Source: Paraphysomonas bandaiensis (taxonomy: Eukaryota; Protista; Chrysophyceae). Taken from it: a stretch of DNA of 64,000 bases. The DNA is taken from positions 186,001 to 250,000 of the forward strand of contig CBFFRP010000338.1 in NCBI GenBank assembly GCA_965644295.1. Reading direction: 5' to 3'. This document shows, in pieces, positions 50,058 to 62,633 of this stretch. Positions within the stretch are counted from its first letter, which is position 1. Each line of letters starts with the position of its first letter. Both the position numbers and the translations under genes were made by a program. The notes under the pieces are model-generated. The model searched no databases. It saw only the letters and a list, made by a program, of their open reading frames with translations, and was not told the DNA's origin.

Positions 50058-50275
50058 GATTACGCGGGATTTTTCATAACTATGCATGACTTTTATATAT
50101 GTAATTCGTGCAGATTCTAGTAGGACCATATGTACCTTCCCATTATTACCTAGCAAAGATTACGCGGGGATTCTCGTGACCATGCATGACTCAGTATTGG
50201 TCTATTGTGAAATTGGCCGCCCCCCCCTCCCTCCCCTAGAATGCGCGGGGTTTTTCGTAATCTCATATAGACTAT
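50058..50275. repeat. Three spaced ~38-bp imperfect direct repeats
   Basis: AGA(T/A)T(A/G)CGCGGG..TT(T/C)TC(A/G)T..C...CAT..ACT at ~50058, ~50157 and ~50238. Confidence 0.6.
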
Positions 50276-50678
50276 GCAAGTATAGTGTAGATCTAGCTAG
50301 AGTTTTCTTGGTGCCGGCACACAAAGATACGCTGAAAGTTTTATTAATAATCTATACGTTACTTAGCTTGCTTAGTCAACACTAACACTTCACTAGGGTA
50401 CGCTCTCAGAATGGGGCAACTACAGCAAGACCATTATACAAATAATGTTACACACAAAGAGTACAGTGATTTAATATGGTTACCTTCGTTGTCTGTGGTC
50501 TGTTATATGATATATTTCATCAAAACTCACATATGCTATCTTATATTAAGATGAATCCCAATAACGGAGCTCTCTCGAAAGGCTGAGTTAGAAATGGATA
50601 TATTTCAAGATGGAAATACTCGATTAGGGTAATTTAGTGTATTAATTTACATTATACTGTGACGATTCCACACACTAA

Positions 50679-51347
50679 TTAGCGTTTCTGATTTACTATA
50701 CATTTCCTTAAAGAATAATCTAGGGTTACTACTCCTCGTATAGCCACCATGTAGTCCTGGCCAAGTAAGTCCACATTCTCAAAATGTCCATGTGCAAGGT
50801 ATGCTGTAACGGCAGTACCATGGATAATAACATTGGTATTCGATGGTATGTTTTCACCATATCCTAATGCCGCGAATGTTTCAGACCGAAGGTAAGTGCA
50901 AGGAGAGACAGTGTCGAAAAGGAAATGAACGTTGATGCTTACACCACGCTTGGAAACAATCAAAGGTATAAATATACGGGACCCTGTGCCATATAGTATT
51001 CCTTCAATCGGAAATGCAACATCAGCTTCAGTTGCTTCCAATGCAACACTCCCTAATTCGTCTCCAATTATACACTTATCCTGTGGTGTTATATCACCGA
51101 TTAGTACATCGTAGGCTGCAGGATGGACGGTAACGGTATCACTCGGAAACTCTAAGCTGTCACGTCGTTGTTCCATCAAATTAACGATATATCTCTGTAG
51201 AATTGCTAAATCTTTTCCATTTTCCATTTCTGATGCTATTGAACGAAGAGAACTTAGTTTACTGTTTGGTGACATTTTATTTATTCTATCAGTATCAGAC
51301 TTTCCAACAATTTGTTCCAAAACTCCATTGACATCAGTGATATCCAT
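50679..51347 (-). CDS. Single-domain retropepsin-like (clan AA) aspartic protease with an altered DTG motif
   Basis: VHFLFDTVSPCTYL and DLLGQDY. Intronless 222 aa with no adjacent gag/RT. Confidence 0.75.
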   Translation of the reverse strand: MDITDVNGVLEQIVGKSDTDRINKMSPNSKLSSLRSIASEMENGKDLAILQRYIVNLMEQRRDSLEFPSDTVTVHPAAYDVLIGDITPQDKCIIGDELGSVALEATEADVAFPIEGILYGTGSRIFIPLIVSKRGVSINVHFLFDTVSPCTYLRSETFAALGYGENIPSNTNVIIHGTAVTAYLAHGHFENVDLLGQDYMVAIRGVVTLDYSLRKCIVNQKR

Positions 51348-51459
51348 ATTTATCTGTTATTAATGTTTACACATGATTGAATTAGGATATAAACTATGAA
51401 TTGACAAGTTAATTAGGAATGAAGAACATCATAACAATCAGAGGAGGAATGTCCAGTTC

Positions 51460-51612
51460 ATATTCTCGTATTGGCATCCTTGGTATATTTTGGTTCAAAT
51501 AAGCCTCTTATACTGAAACAACAATTATCTGTATTCCAGCCGTAGTTATACTGAAGTTATATAGAGTACTTTTGCTTCATTCTATTCCCGAAAAATGAGA
51601 TGCTGAATACGC
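51460..51612 (+). repeat. ~150-bp dispersed promoter-proximal repeat, copy 3
   Basis: Matches 23885-24030. Confidence 0.75.
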
Positions 51613-53922
51613 TTAAGTGCTATAGGAACCGTAGGTAAAATACTGTGGCAGTATTTTTTTGGTAGTGTGTGACTATGTTTCACCTGCACCTGGAATATCA
51701 ACAAAATAACACTGAAATATCAGATTTTTACTGTAGGTGAAATTATCATGGCACACTGTAGAAATCGTATGCAAAAGATACAAGGCTGTATCTATATGAT
51801 ATGTGATCTACGTAGAAACCATATTCACATTAATATCGCACCTACATTGAATATCTTGCCTGTATTTAATATCGTGGCCACACCACCACGAATTGAGAGA
51901 CGTTCTTGAAGTCGATGAGGAGGAAGCTCGAGACGTAGCAGGAGAAGTATCATCTGAGAGGACCCATACCAAAACAAAGACAATGTATACAGACAAAGTG
52001 AAGCACATGACGTAGTTCTTTTGTTCTCTTTATCCTGAAAGGTTGGATGATGAAGATAAGCTGATAATTTCTGCCAACAAAGACCGAGTGATGGAGTACT
52101 TTGGGGTTCAGAGCAATGCAGCTAACGACCGGAAGAAATTAGATGGACCACATGATATACCGAATGACAGGAGGATCTCTACAGTGCATTACATGTTAAA
52201 GGCTATAGTGCATTAGTGTGAAGACTTTGTGGGACCTCTGACGTTTTGGTAATTGACAAGAAGGGGTCAAACCATATCGGCTTTTATGTAGACTTCAAGC
52301 TTTGACAAAAGCTGATAGGGATGATTCTCATCTACGTGCAAGAAAGACAATAGAATTCCTTCTTAAACGAGCATGGGAGTATACTGAAATGCGATTCAAA
52401 GATATTACTCTCAGCAATGGAGATGTCCCGTTTGAATAAAGAATTGATCTTTATAATAGTAAAACAATGTTGTGATTATTAGAGTGTAAGTAATGAACGC
52501 GATAGAGTGAGAATTATGAATAACAATATAGAACATAACTATCATGCACAACGGAATAGTTAGAAGTGTAACTGATAATGACGACGTTATGGTGACGATC
52601 ATGTATCTTCGACAGATACTCTCTCTAATTCAGTTCGTGATATATTTCATTGAACATTATAACTCACAGATACAATCTTGTATTAAGCTGAATTCTAATA
52701 CGCTCCCTCAATGAAACAATCAGTGAAAGATTATAGAGAGAATATGAACTTATACACACTGAGAGTAAAAACCAGAGTAGCAGTCACTAGTCAATAATAA
52801 GTGCACTGCAGAGATGCCATATTGTGAGACCATCCTTCTAGCCCAGCATCATTTGTAAGCTGAATCCTAATAGTTTGGTAGAGTATAGTATGAAAGTGCT
52901 TTTAAAGAATTGTATCAAGAGTTAGGAATGGAATGTAAGGATGTTGGTAATTTCAGTTATGGCAGTTTCTATAGTAGGTTATGTTCTAGTAGTAGAGGTA
53001 AGTGAGTACTATTTGTAATCTATATCAATATTATACTAAGTAGTAATAATATACGAAGTATGTATGTCTACTACAGTATATATATTATTTGCACTTGAAA
53101 TATATGTAAATTTTTGACTAAGAAAGTCGATTGTATATAAGCCAGCTACGAAAACCACTGCTAGATATATATTAGGGTCTATTTTCAATAAAGCAATACA
53201 GATAGGTACTGGGACTACTTCAGAAGACTTTGACCACTGTGGTGTACCAGCGCGTGTGAATGGCAATCAGAAGAGGGCACGTAGTTCACTCAGATAAGCA
53301 AATAATAATCATATCCTCCTTCCTTAATATACGTGAAATAAGAATAGGTGAAGTGACACGCTATCACCATAAAATAACTAATATTTGTTATTATACGGTA
53401 GGTATGTACGTGTGTGCCTTTTCAATTGTACTCCAAAAATCTTGCAATATACATTTACCACCTACCCCATATCCCCAATATATAAGCATATACATAAAAT
53501 AATATATAATATATATACCAGTCTATTTTAAACACAACTGTTATATTAGGTCTCATCACGTTTGCAGGCACTTGTCGCATGGGTCTTCGTGTTAAAGTAT
53601 AGAAGATAGAAGCAAGTGTACTGAACCCCTCATAATTATGGCTTGATATTATGATTTTTTATTGTTAAAAGAATTTAGCTTGCATTGCTTCTTGATTCTC
53701 GTATCCTGGCTACTCAACCTCGCATAACATACGTACTAGCGAATGATAGTACATCGAATTCTGGATATATGCGTTGTATTATAATACTCGCAGTACAAGT
53801 ATAGCCCACATATTAACTCAGTTTGTGGAACCGTGATACTTGAGCATCATGAAATATAAATGATGAGAACACTATTATTACATATACTTCACTTAACTAT
53901 AACTAATACTTCAACAACATAA

Positions 53923-54390
53923 TTATTTCTTGTCATCTACTTTAGACTTCTTTTTCTTAGGCTTAACGACCTCTATAGATTCTGGATCAGATACAGACTT
54001 TCTTTTCTCAGAAAGAGGCTTCACACCACCTTCCTTCTCAGTAGACTCCCGCTTACGCTTCTTTTCTTTAGATGGTGTTTTACTCTTATCTTTCTTCTTC
54101 TTCTTCTCTACTGATGGAGGCACATCCTCTTTTTTACTGGCAGATTCACTATCATCATTCTCCGTTTCTTTGATTAATATTTTTTGTTGAGCTTCTAAAG
54201 CATTACACATCGTGTCAAGTTTTTCAAGAACTTCATCAGAAACTTTTCCAACTCGCATAGCATGCTGAATGTTGAGAGGATCGCCACCATTTGATTCTAT
54301 AAAGGAACGTATTTTGGATGTTATTTTCTTGGTAGAAATATCCTTTTCCCCAGTTACTATGACAAACGGTTCTAACTTTTGTGTAGACAT
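53923..54390 (-). CDS. Small protein with a Lys-rich nucleolar-type tail, possibly RNA polymerase I A14/Ker1-like
   Basis: ORF from MSTQKLEPFVIV with a KKKKKDKSK...KKKKSK tail. The family assignment is tentative. Confidence 0.7.
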   Translation of the reverse strand: MSTQKLEPFVIVTGEKDISTKKITSKIRSFIESNGGDPLNIQHAMRVGKVSDEVLEKLDTMCNALEAQQKILIKETENDDSESASKKEDVPPSVEKKKKKDKSKTPSKEKKRKRESTEKEGGVKPLSEKRKSVSDPESIEVVKPKKKKSKVDDKK

Positions 54391-54516
54391 TATGAATATT
54401 AAATATATCAGAGAAAATAAATGACAGTTTGGTCTGGTATCGGCGTGGAATGAAGGACACATAGAGCACCGCCCTGGCTAAACACACTCCACCACATATT
54501 CCACACACCACTCACA

Positions 54517-54560
54517 TGTATATGTATGTATGTATGTCTGTATGTCTGTATGTATGTATG

Positions 54561-54594
<34 letters not shown>

Positions 54595-55096
54595 TGTATG
54601 TATGTATGTATGTATGTATGTATGTATGTATGTATGTATGTATGTATGTATGTATGTATGTATGTATGTATGTATGTATGTATGTATGTATGTATGTATG
54701 TATGTATGTATGTATGTATGTATGTATGTATGTATGTATGCATGTATGTATGTATGTATGTATGTATGTATGTATGTATGTATGTATGTATGTATGTATG
54801 TATGTATGTATGTATGTATGTATGTATGTATGTATGTATGTATGTATGTATGTATGTATGTATGTATGTATGTATGTATGTATGTATGTATGTATGTATG
54901 TATGTATGTATGTATGTATGTATGTATGTATGTATGTATGTATGTATGTATGTATGTATGTATGTATGTATGTATGTATGTATGTATGTATGTATGTATG
55001 TATGTATGTATGTATGTATGTATGTATGTATGTATGTATGTATGTATGTATGTATGTATGTATGTATGTATGTATGTATGTATGTATGTATGTATG

Positions 55097-55128
<32 letters not shown>

Positions 55129-55314
55129 TGTATGTATGTATGTATGTATGTATGTATGTATGTATGTATGTATGTATGTATGTATGTATGTATGTATGTA
55201 TGTGTGTATGTATGTATGTATGTATGTATGTATGTGTGTATGTATGTATGTGTGTATGTATGTATGTATGTATGTATGTATGTATGTATGTATGTATGTA
55301 TGTATGTATGTATG

Positions 55315-55378
<64 letters not shown>

Positions 55379-55435
55379 TGTATGTATGTATGTATGTATG
55401 TATGTATGTATGTATGTATGTACGTATGTATGTAT
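54517..55435. repeat. (TATG)n microsatellite, ~0.9 kb
   Basis: Nearly pure TATG array with a few TGTG/TATA/CATG interruptions. Confidence 0.99.
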
Positions 55436-55716
55436 ACCTATACAAGTGATTTGGCTGGGCAAATCCAGCACTTTTTTGCTTGGTCTACCGAACGCACCCT
55501 GATATATGATATGCATTATGTATAGGTTCAATGCATTTCGTCTCATGTCACTCATATCTTTTCACTCTAAGATATAATTCAACACAATATATATACAGAG
55601 AGAGCTCATAACAAGACTTCCCACTACAGTGTGTTTAATACACCCATATCTTCGATCGTCCTCTATTCTAATCTACTCTAATCTACTCTACTCTAATCTA
55701 ATCTAATACAGTCGTA

Positions 55717-56793
55717 ATGCTTCCAATGTTTAACTTATCTGAGCCGATCAACTCATGTTTATTATTTTTAACTTCTACGTTAAGTTTCATATGTTATAAG
55801 CACAGAAAACAAGTGAAGAAAATCAATCAATCTGGTAAAAATATCTTAGTAGTGCTGCATATTCCAGGAACAGGAACTGTTAGTATGCCAACTGCGCTAA
55901 ATAATGATATTATTATTGCAAAGGCAGTGGAAGGTATGTGTATACATATGTGTGTATGTATTCCCCCTCATTAGTTGTGTATTTACTATATATTAGCTCT
56001 TAGTGGGAACCTGTATATTTACATACTCAATGGGGGCGACGATGACAATGCAGCTATGATGAGGTACATCTCGTATGTGTATTCACGAGCATGGGATGAG
56101 ATGGTTTTGAATAAGAAACTTCACTCACAGTGTATTGTTGTTGGCGATTCCAGTAGCTGCTCATTCATGCCATTAAATGATATTATGAAGTCAAGTTTGG
56201 ATAAAGCATTTGTCTCAGACACTCATCAAGAAAACTTAGTGCGAATATTATGTTCATCTGTAGGCAAACCATCGGTAGATATCAGTGTCGTTCCTGAACC
56301 TGGCTATGTTGATGATGTTTACTACTTTGATGCCGAGGATGAAATTTTGCCTCAATACAAAAAAGTAGCATTGGGGGGTACTTTTGATAGAATTCACAAT
56401 GGCCATCGAAAATTGTTGACCCTTGCTGCCGGCGTATGTACGGGTACTCTAGTGGTGGGTATCATGACAGACGAAATGCTTAAGAAGAAGAGTAATGCAA
56501 ATATGATCCAGAATTTTGCCACAAGAAAACAGGCTGTACTTTCCTTTCTTCGACTAATAAAGCCTGGTCTTGATATTTTTATTGCCCCTCTAACGGACCC
56601 ATTTGGCCCGACAATAACAGACCCGTCAATTGGTTCTATTGTCGTGTCTTCTGAAACTATAACTGGAGTATCGAAGATAAATAAACTACGAAAGGATGCG
56701 AAATTTTCAGCCTTGGATGTGTTGGTTGTAAAGCGTGCAGATGTTGCAACATTATCCAGCTCTTTCATCAGAGATTTTGAAAAGAGTGTGTAG
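55717..56793 (+). CDS. Phosphopantetheine adenylyltransferase (eukaryotic PPAT, no DPCK domain)
   Basis: ALGGTFDRIHNGHRKLL (HxGH), LTDPFGP, IVVSSET, INKLR and LSSSFIR. One intron at ~55934-55997. Confidence 0.9.
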
Positions 56794-57094
56794 TATATAT
56801 AATTCTAGAGATTGTGGATTGAAATTGAATTATGAAGTGAAATCCCCATGTTACGCACCTTGGGCTTTGTTGTGAATTTGGTTAGTATTTAAGCATTCTA
56901 TAATAAACTGTAGAGATATTTGTAAAGAAAGTGTTGGTGGGGTATGTGCTAAAGATGAGTTCTGAAACTATTATAAATTTGAATAATTCTTGAAGAGCAT
57001 TGTTGTAACTTAATATACTAGCTAGTAGTGAATTTCTTTTACATAAGCAAGTACATAATATATATTGATTGTTATATATTATATATATTCAAAT

Positions 57095-57809
57095 CAGGGA
57101 TAGGGAACAATATATTGCAATACTATTGTTAGATAGCGTTCCATCAATACTATTGATGGATTTTTTAAACCGGTCCTACAATACAATTACAATATATTGC
57201 AATATATTGTCAATGTATTGCAATATATTAGTATGACTAATCAGTAGGTAAACACATCCGTAGATTTCATTTCTAGTATTAGTCATTAAGATCACATGAC
57301 AACCAAACCAACTACTGCTTATAGCTAAAAAAAATCCACCTCGTCCTCATACTCTGAGCCATCATCGGTGACGTCAACATAACCATATTCATCCACAGAA
57401 TTAATTGAAATATGCTAGTATCCGGCCATAACTGTCGAATAGCTTTCAGAAACAACAGCATATTAAGTAGGATGGATACTTTTGCGCAACACTGATATAA
57501 TATGTCTAGCTGTGCTGAACAGACGTTCCCATGTATTGGAAGATCCCATACCAGGGCCAGGCAACCGTTAATGACTCGTGGATCTGTACGTTTCTTAATT
57601 TTTTGAGCTGACTGAAGGCTTTTAGTCGCATAGTCAACATCAGCTTCATTATCCTTTGTAATGTTGTAATCAATTTCTCGGTTATTTATATCCATTTTGC
57701 ACCCTACAGTTGAGAATCTTCTCTTATATGTCTATCATAATATTGATTGCAATATATTGCAATGTATTGTACAATGTATTGCAATACAATATATTGTTCC
57801 CTATCCCTG
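57095..57809 (-). mobile_element. Ds-like internally deleted hAT element
   Basis: Perfect 23-bp TIR CAGGGATAGGGAACAATATATTG and perfect TSD ATTCAAAT. Minus strand carries a frameshifted SSNTWERLFSTARHIISVLRKS / LNMLLFLKAIRQLW (hAT dimerisation domain). Confidence 0.93.
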
Positions 57810-58743
57810 ATTCAAATTATTATTACGGTTTATACCGCTGTTTCTATCCCTGGTACTTTTATACCATAGTTTGTGTGTCAGGTTGCGTTAATCCGGGTAG
57901 TGTACAGCTTACAAATAATAGGGAGATGGCCTTTCGCTTTCCGTAGCCGTATAGGAATTGTTACATTTTTGAATTGTGACTGTTTAAGGTTAGTGCAGAT
58001 CAGCTAAATACAAACTAGTATATCAAAAATTTTGTAGCAGCACTTCGTTATCCATATTAAATATATTTATTGTATCTAGATTTCTCTTTTCATTTTCACG
58101 TATAATACACACACATTTTCACGCGGAAATCATATGATATGTGGCAAATATTTAGAAATCATTTAATATGGGGCCATCAGATGCTGTAGAATTTTCTAGC
58201 ACATACATTCACTTAAATCCAGAGTGCCTTTTGCATGGAAAACGATCTAAGAATCTTGTTAAGTTACGATTTGAGTCTGGAGAAAGCAAGAATAGGCAGC
58301 AGATGTATAAGAGGACATAATATTATAGATGACACATTTCCGTTACTATAACACTGCAGAGCGTATATATACATATGTATACATATGTATACAGCAGCAG
58401 CATACAGAAACTGAAATCAAAAACAGACAGCATTTCGATTTTTTGAATTTTCAGCTGAGTTTTTTTCTGGTGCATACCATACTGCTGTATGTGGGTGCAG
58501 TATATGCATATGCAAGTGTTTGTGTGTATGTATTGTGTATATAGAGATATTGAACTGGTCGTATCATGAGGCAGATAGAAGTCGAAGTGTCCAGTTTAAT
58601 ATACTTAACTTCCTTAACTTCATTTGAATATAGGAGAGTATATGTATGTATCATATGAAATCATACGTATAGATATTAATATCTGTATTCATACCTCCTA
58701 TAATTAAATAATACATACATATATATATATATCCACACTCAAG

Positions 58744-61259
58744 ATGCATACAGTGGGATTGTTTCTATTAACGATATGCGGGTTAGGATTCACTATGTCT
58801 TGGGGGGATATCATCGACCCATCCCTTCAATACACATGGTCTAGGTATGAATATATTCATAGTTAAGTTAATGGTATATGTATAATCTTATAAATAGAGG
58901 ATATCCACAGTCCTGTAAGTGTGTTGAAACAGGAGTAACAAGCAGTGAATGTGATTTATATAAATGCACATGTTCATGTGATCTTTCTGCGGGTGAATGT
59001 GATTATAGTTGTTGCTGTGATCCGGACTGCTCTGTTGATCAGGTAACAGACTCATATGTATTAGATTATATCATTTAATCAGTTATTTATATGATAGATT
59101 GATCGATTTCGAGATAATGGAGTGTGTAGTGATGAGGGTTATACACCGGACAGTGAAAGAGTATGTTACAGCTCTGAGGAATTACAAAAAGTCAATCCGC
59201 GATCACCAGTTGAGGGGAAAGCGACATCAACTGATGCACTAGATGAAATGCTGTGTGTTGAGAAAAAGAATAAAGAGCTCAAAGTGGGAACATGCTCATG
59301 TTTTGATAACACACATCATTATTTACACAGGGAAATTTTTATGAAGAGGTGGGACACCCTCAGGACACATCAGTCTTCGACGAGTCTGGCGGCCAGAAGG
59401 AATATACTTACTCCACTGAAGATACTGTTCAGGTACAGCGAATGGTTACTAAGACATCATATTTATTCCGATATCATGTCCTTATATTTTAGTTGACAAA
59501 TGATGGGTTCTACGATCATAACGACACTATTCCTGCGTACAATGGTCGGTATTCACCGCCATCTAGCTTTGGGGGTTCCGGTTATTTACCCCTACCGCGA
59601 CCTGATTTTTCTGGATATTGCAACGATAATAACAATGCTGAATTTCGTAACGATGCATCGACCATGTGCTTGAGAAAGCTTGGTGGTAGTTCAAATACTG
59701 AAGCTTCTTTTGCATCGCAGTGCGAAGCCGGTCTTGTATCAACGGACACGTTAGTAAGAAATCTACTATTAGCCAGCACACCGTAAGTTGCTACGTGTTG
59801 AGTAACTTGTGTAACCTTTACCCTCAGACCAGCAACTCTTGGTACACCTCCGGCTGAGTATGTGAGTCCGGTGATTACGTCTGTGATGTTTCTGTCACCT
59901 GCAGATGAAAACAACGCTGCTGTTTCTACCGATGTGACCTCTGCTTGGATGACCAATAATTGTTCAACTGGTGTTGAAAGCAGTTCCTCAAACTACGACT
60001 CAAGTTGCCAATTTGGCAGTAATTTTTCAAGCAATACTATTTGTCGAAATGCTATTCAATCAATTACATTTACTGTTAGCCATGCGCAGGACTCACAGTC
60101 ATCCATTGAGTCTGTTTCTGTGGAATTTGTTGTCATGGATATTGTATTAAGCGATTCCAATGGGGGAGCTGAATTTGCGCAGTCATTCGGAATTTTGTAC
60201 AACGATACTGCATCGGCATCCTCGATTTCTCAAGTTAATGGTAATCAGGTTAAGCGGTATCGATCTGGCAATCCGGGATATCGTTTTGGCCTTCCTGTTC
60301 TCTTTGGTTCACTAGACAGCTCTAATGAGGTTATACTAGCCGAGGAAAGTGGACTCACAGTGTCTACAGCTTTACCAACTTCACAAGCTGGGGTGTCAAC
60401 ATTTGGGTCTGCGCTCTGCCCATCGGAGTTGACCATTGACAACGTAGAAAAAGAAGGTGTAAGATTCGGATACGACTTAGTATCCTCGTGTTCATTGCAG
60501 TTGAATAGGTAGTTCAGTATGTGTATAATGGTGATGTAACTAATTTTCTTGCCACCCAGGTCATCTCTTCGAAGCTTTTGTTGTGAAGGTGCTGACCTTT
60601 GTGACCCCGGATATAGCAGTGTATATTCAATGTCTAATGGAGTACCTGTGTATCTGGATCCGGTTGAAGGGTAAGTATAGATACAAGGGCTTCCCGATTG
60701 TTGACGTATTGTGCAGTTACATTGGAGCGTTTGGTAATGCGGACCCTTTGGATGTAAATCAATGGTTTGCCTTATCAGTCGACAACCCTTCTGTGCTTGT
60801 TTCGAATAGGCGGTGGACAGAGAGTTCAGGGGTGTGCAGCTCAATGATCACTGGTGTGAATTACAAGTTTCTGGTGACTTACGCTGGGGAGAAAGGTAAC
60901 CCACAAAACAAAATCGTGTCTGCTATGGTGGAGTATAAAACATCCGATGTAGTAATGAGGTACGAGAAATATGTTAGCAAATTTATCAATTAATTCATTG
61001 TGTCAGAGCTCCTGTCGATGATGAAGTTGCTGAACAACCAATCACGCTGTCAATCACGGCGACGTTCATATTTAAAGAGAACGAGGATTTGAAGGGATAT
61101 ACCCCCCCTCCCCCTCCTGGTCTTTTGACTGTTCCATATGATGTTTTTTACCCGTTCAATATAGGAAATAGTGCTCCGAAATGCAATAGAATTTCACTTT
61201 TCAGTACCTTCGTGTTGATTGCTTTCGCCACATTAGTCGGGGTTGTGTATGGAAATTGA
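58744..61259 (+). CDS. TCTN: Tectonic (ciliary transition-zone protein), multi-exon
   Basis: Signal peptide, CSCDLSAGECDYSCCCDPDC, RSGNPGY..GLPV, VRFG, FGNADP, VPYDVFYPF and a C-terminal hydrophobic anchor. Confidence 0.92.
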
Positions 61260-61844
61260 GCGGCCTGTAAGGTGTTGTGGTGAGACGTGCAGTACAGTGT
61301 GACAATTTGTAGTACTAGTATCAATGAGAAATTGTAAAAATAATACTTGAGTTAGTTTATTCATTTGTATCGTATATTGTGATTGCCGTGCGTGTTATTC
61401 AGATGCAAACACTATGGCAGCTAGTAGTTAGATTTCTGACTTACAAAGCTTGACTTAATACAGCAACACTCTTGCACTACTAGTCTATTAGTATCTCATT
61501 GAGGTATTTAGGTATTTTTCATGCATTGACTACGTCTGACTTTTTTTGGTCTACACACTTCGACTGTGCACGCTGATGATGTAGTCATCCAGAGAAAGCT
61601 CCAATATTGCATTCTCAGGACTACGTACACTATAGAGTAAGTGAACTGCTTAATTTACTGAAACGGTAAGGTCTAATTTTATCACACACTAGGGATGTTT
61701 CAATATGAGTGTCAGAGTGTTACGAAGTCGCATAGTAGCAAAGAAACAATGATTTTTAGTTTTTAAATGACATTGTCATTATTACTTAACGGAAAGAAGT
61801 AATTCACAGTTACATACCACAGAATTACTGTCAATACGATGAAA

Positions 61845-62297
<453 letters not shown>

Positions 62298-62633
62298 TTA
62301 TTGTAAAATTGGATTGTGTGCAATTATAATATATGGGATTGCATGCATTGTATGGATCGTCTGTGCTTCTAGATAGTCATCGTCTGTTTTTGTAGTTCAA
62401 ATATATTCCGCATCTTGAAGAGACAATGTAAACTGAAAATATTGTGTAGTACGGTAGGATTCGGTATACCAATTGGAGATTCTTGATGAAAGAAAAAGAT
62501 GAAGTGTGATGTGCATATCCAATAAGCGTGAACAGAATCAGGGAGTGAGAGTATGTGAATTTACTATCTGCAATAGTACGTGAAAATAAAGTACATATTG
62601 CAATCAAACAATCCACAGGACTGTATAGATATC

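Noticed and set aside
51800-53900. Coding-like fragments in a gene-poor stretch (similar ones at 6820-7190, 18690-19040 and 31080-31400)
   Set aside because: Short and interrupted with no motif, so they cannot be called genes or pseudogenes without a search.
54408-55555. Five 300-350 aa ORFs (HTYI/MYVC repeats)
   Set aside because: They are stop-free translations of the (TATG)n microsatellite.
57312-57695. 127-aa ORF as a host gene
   Set aside because: It lies inside the hAT element and is a frameshifted transposase remnant.
61572-61662. C/D snoRNA candidate (TGATGA...CTGA)
   Set aside because: Imperfect C box, no convincing terminal stem and no recognisable rRNA guide.
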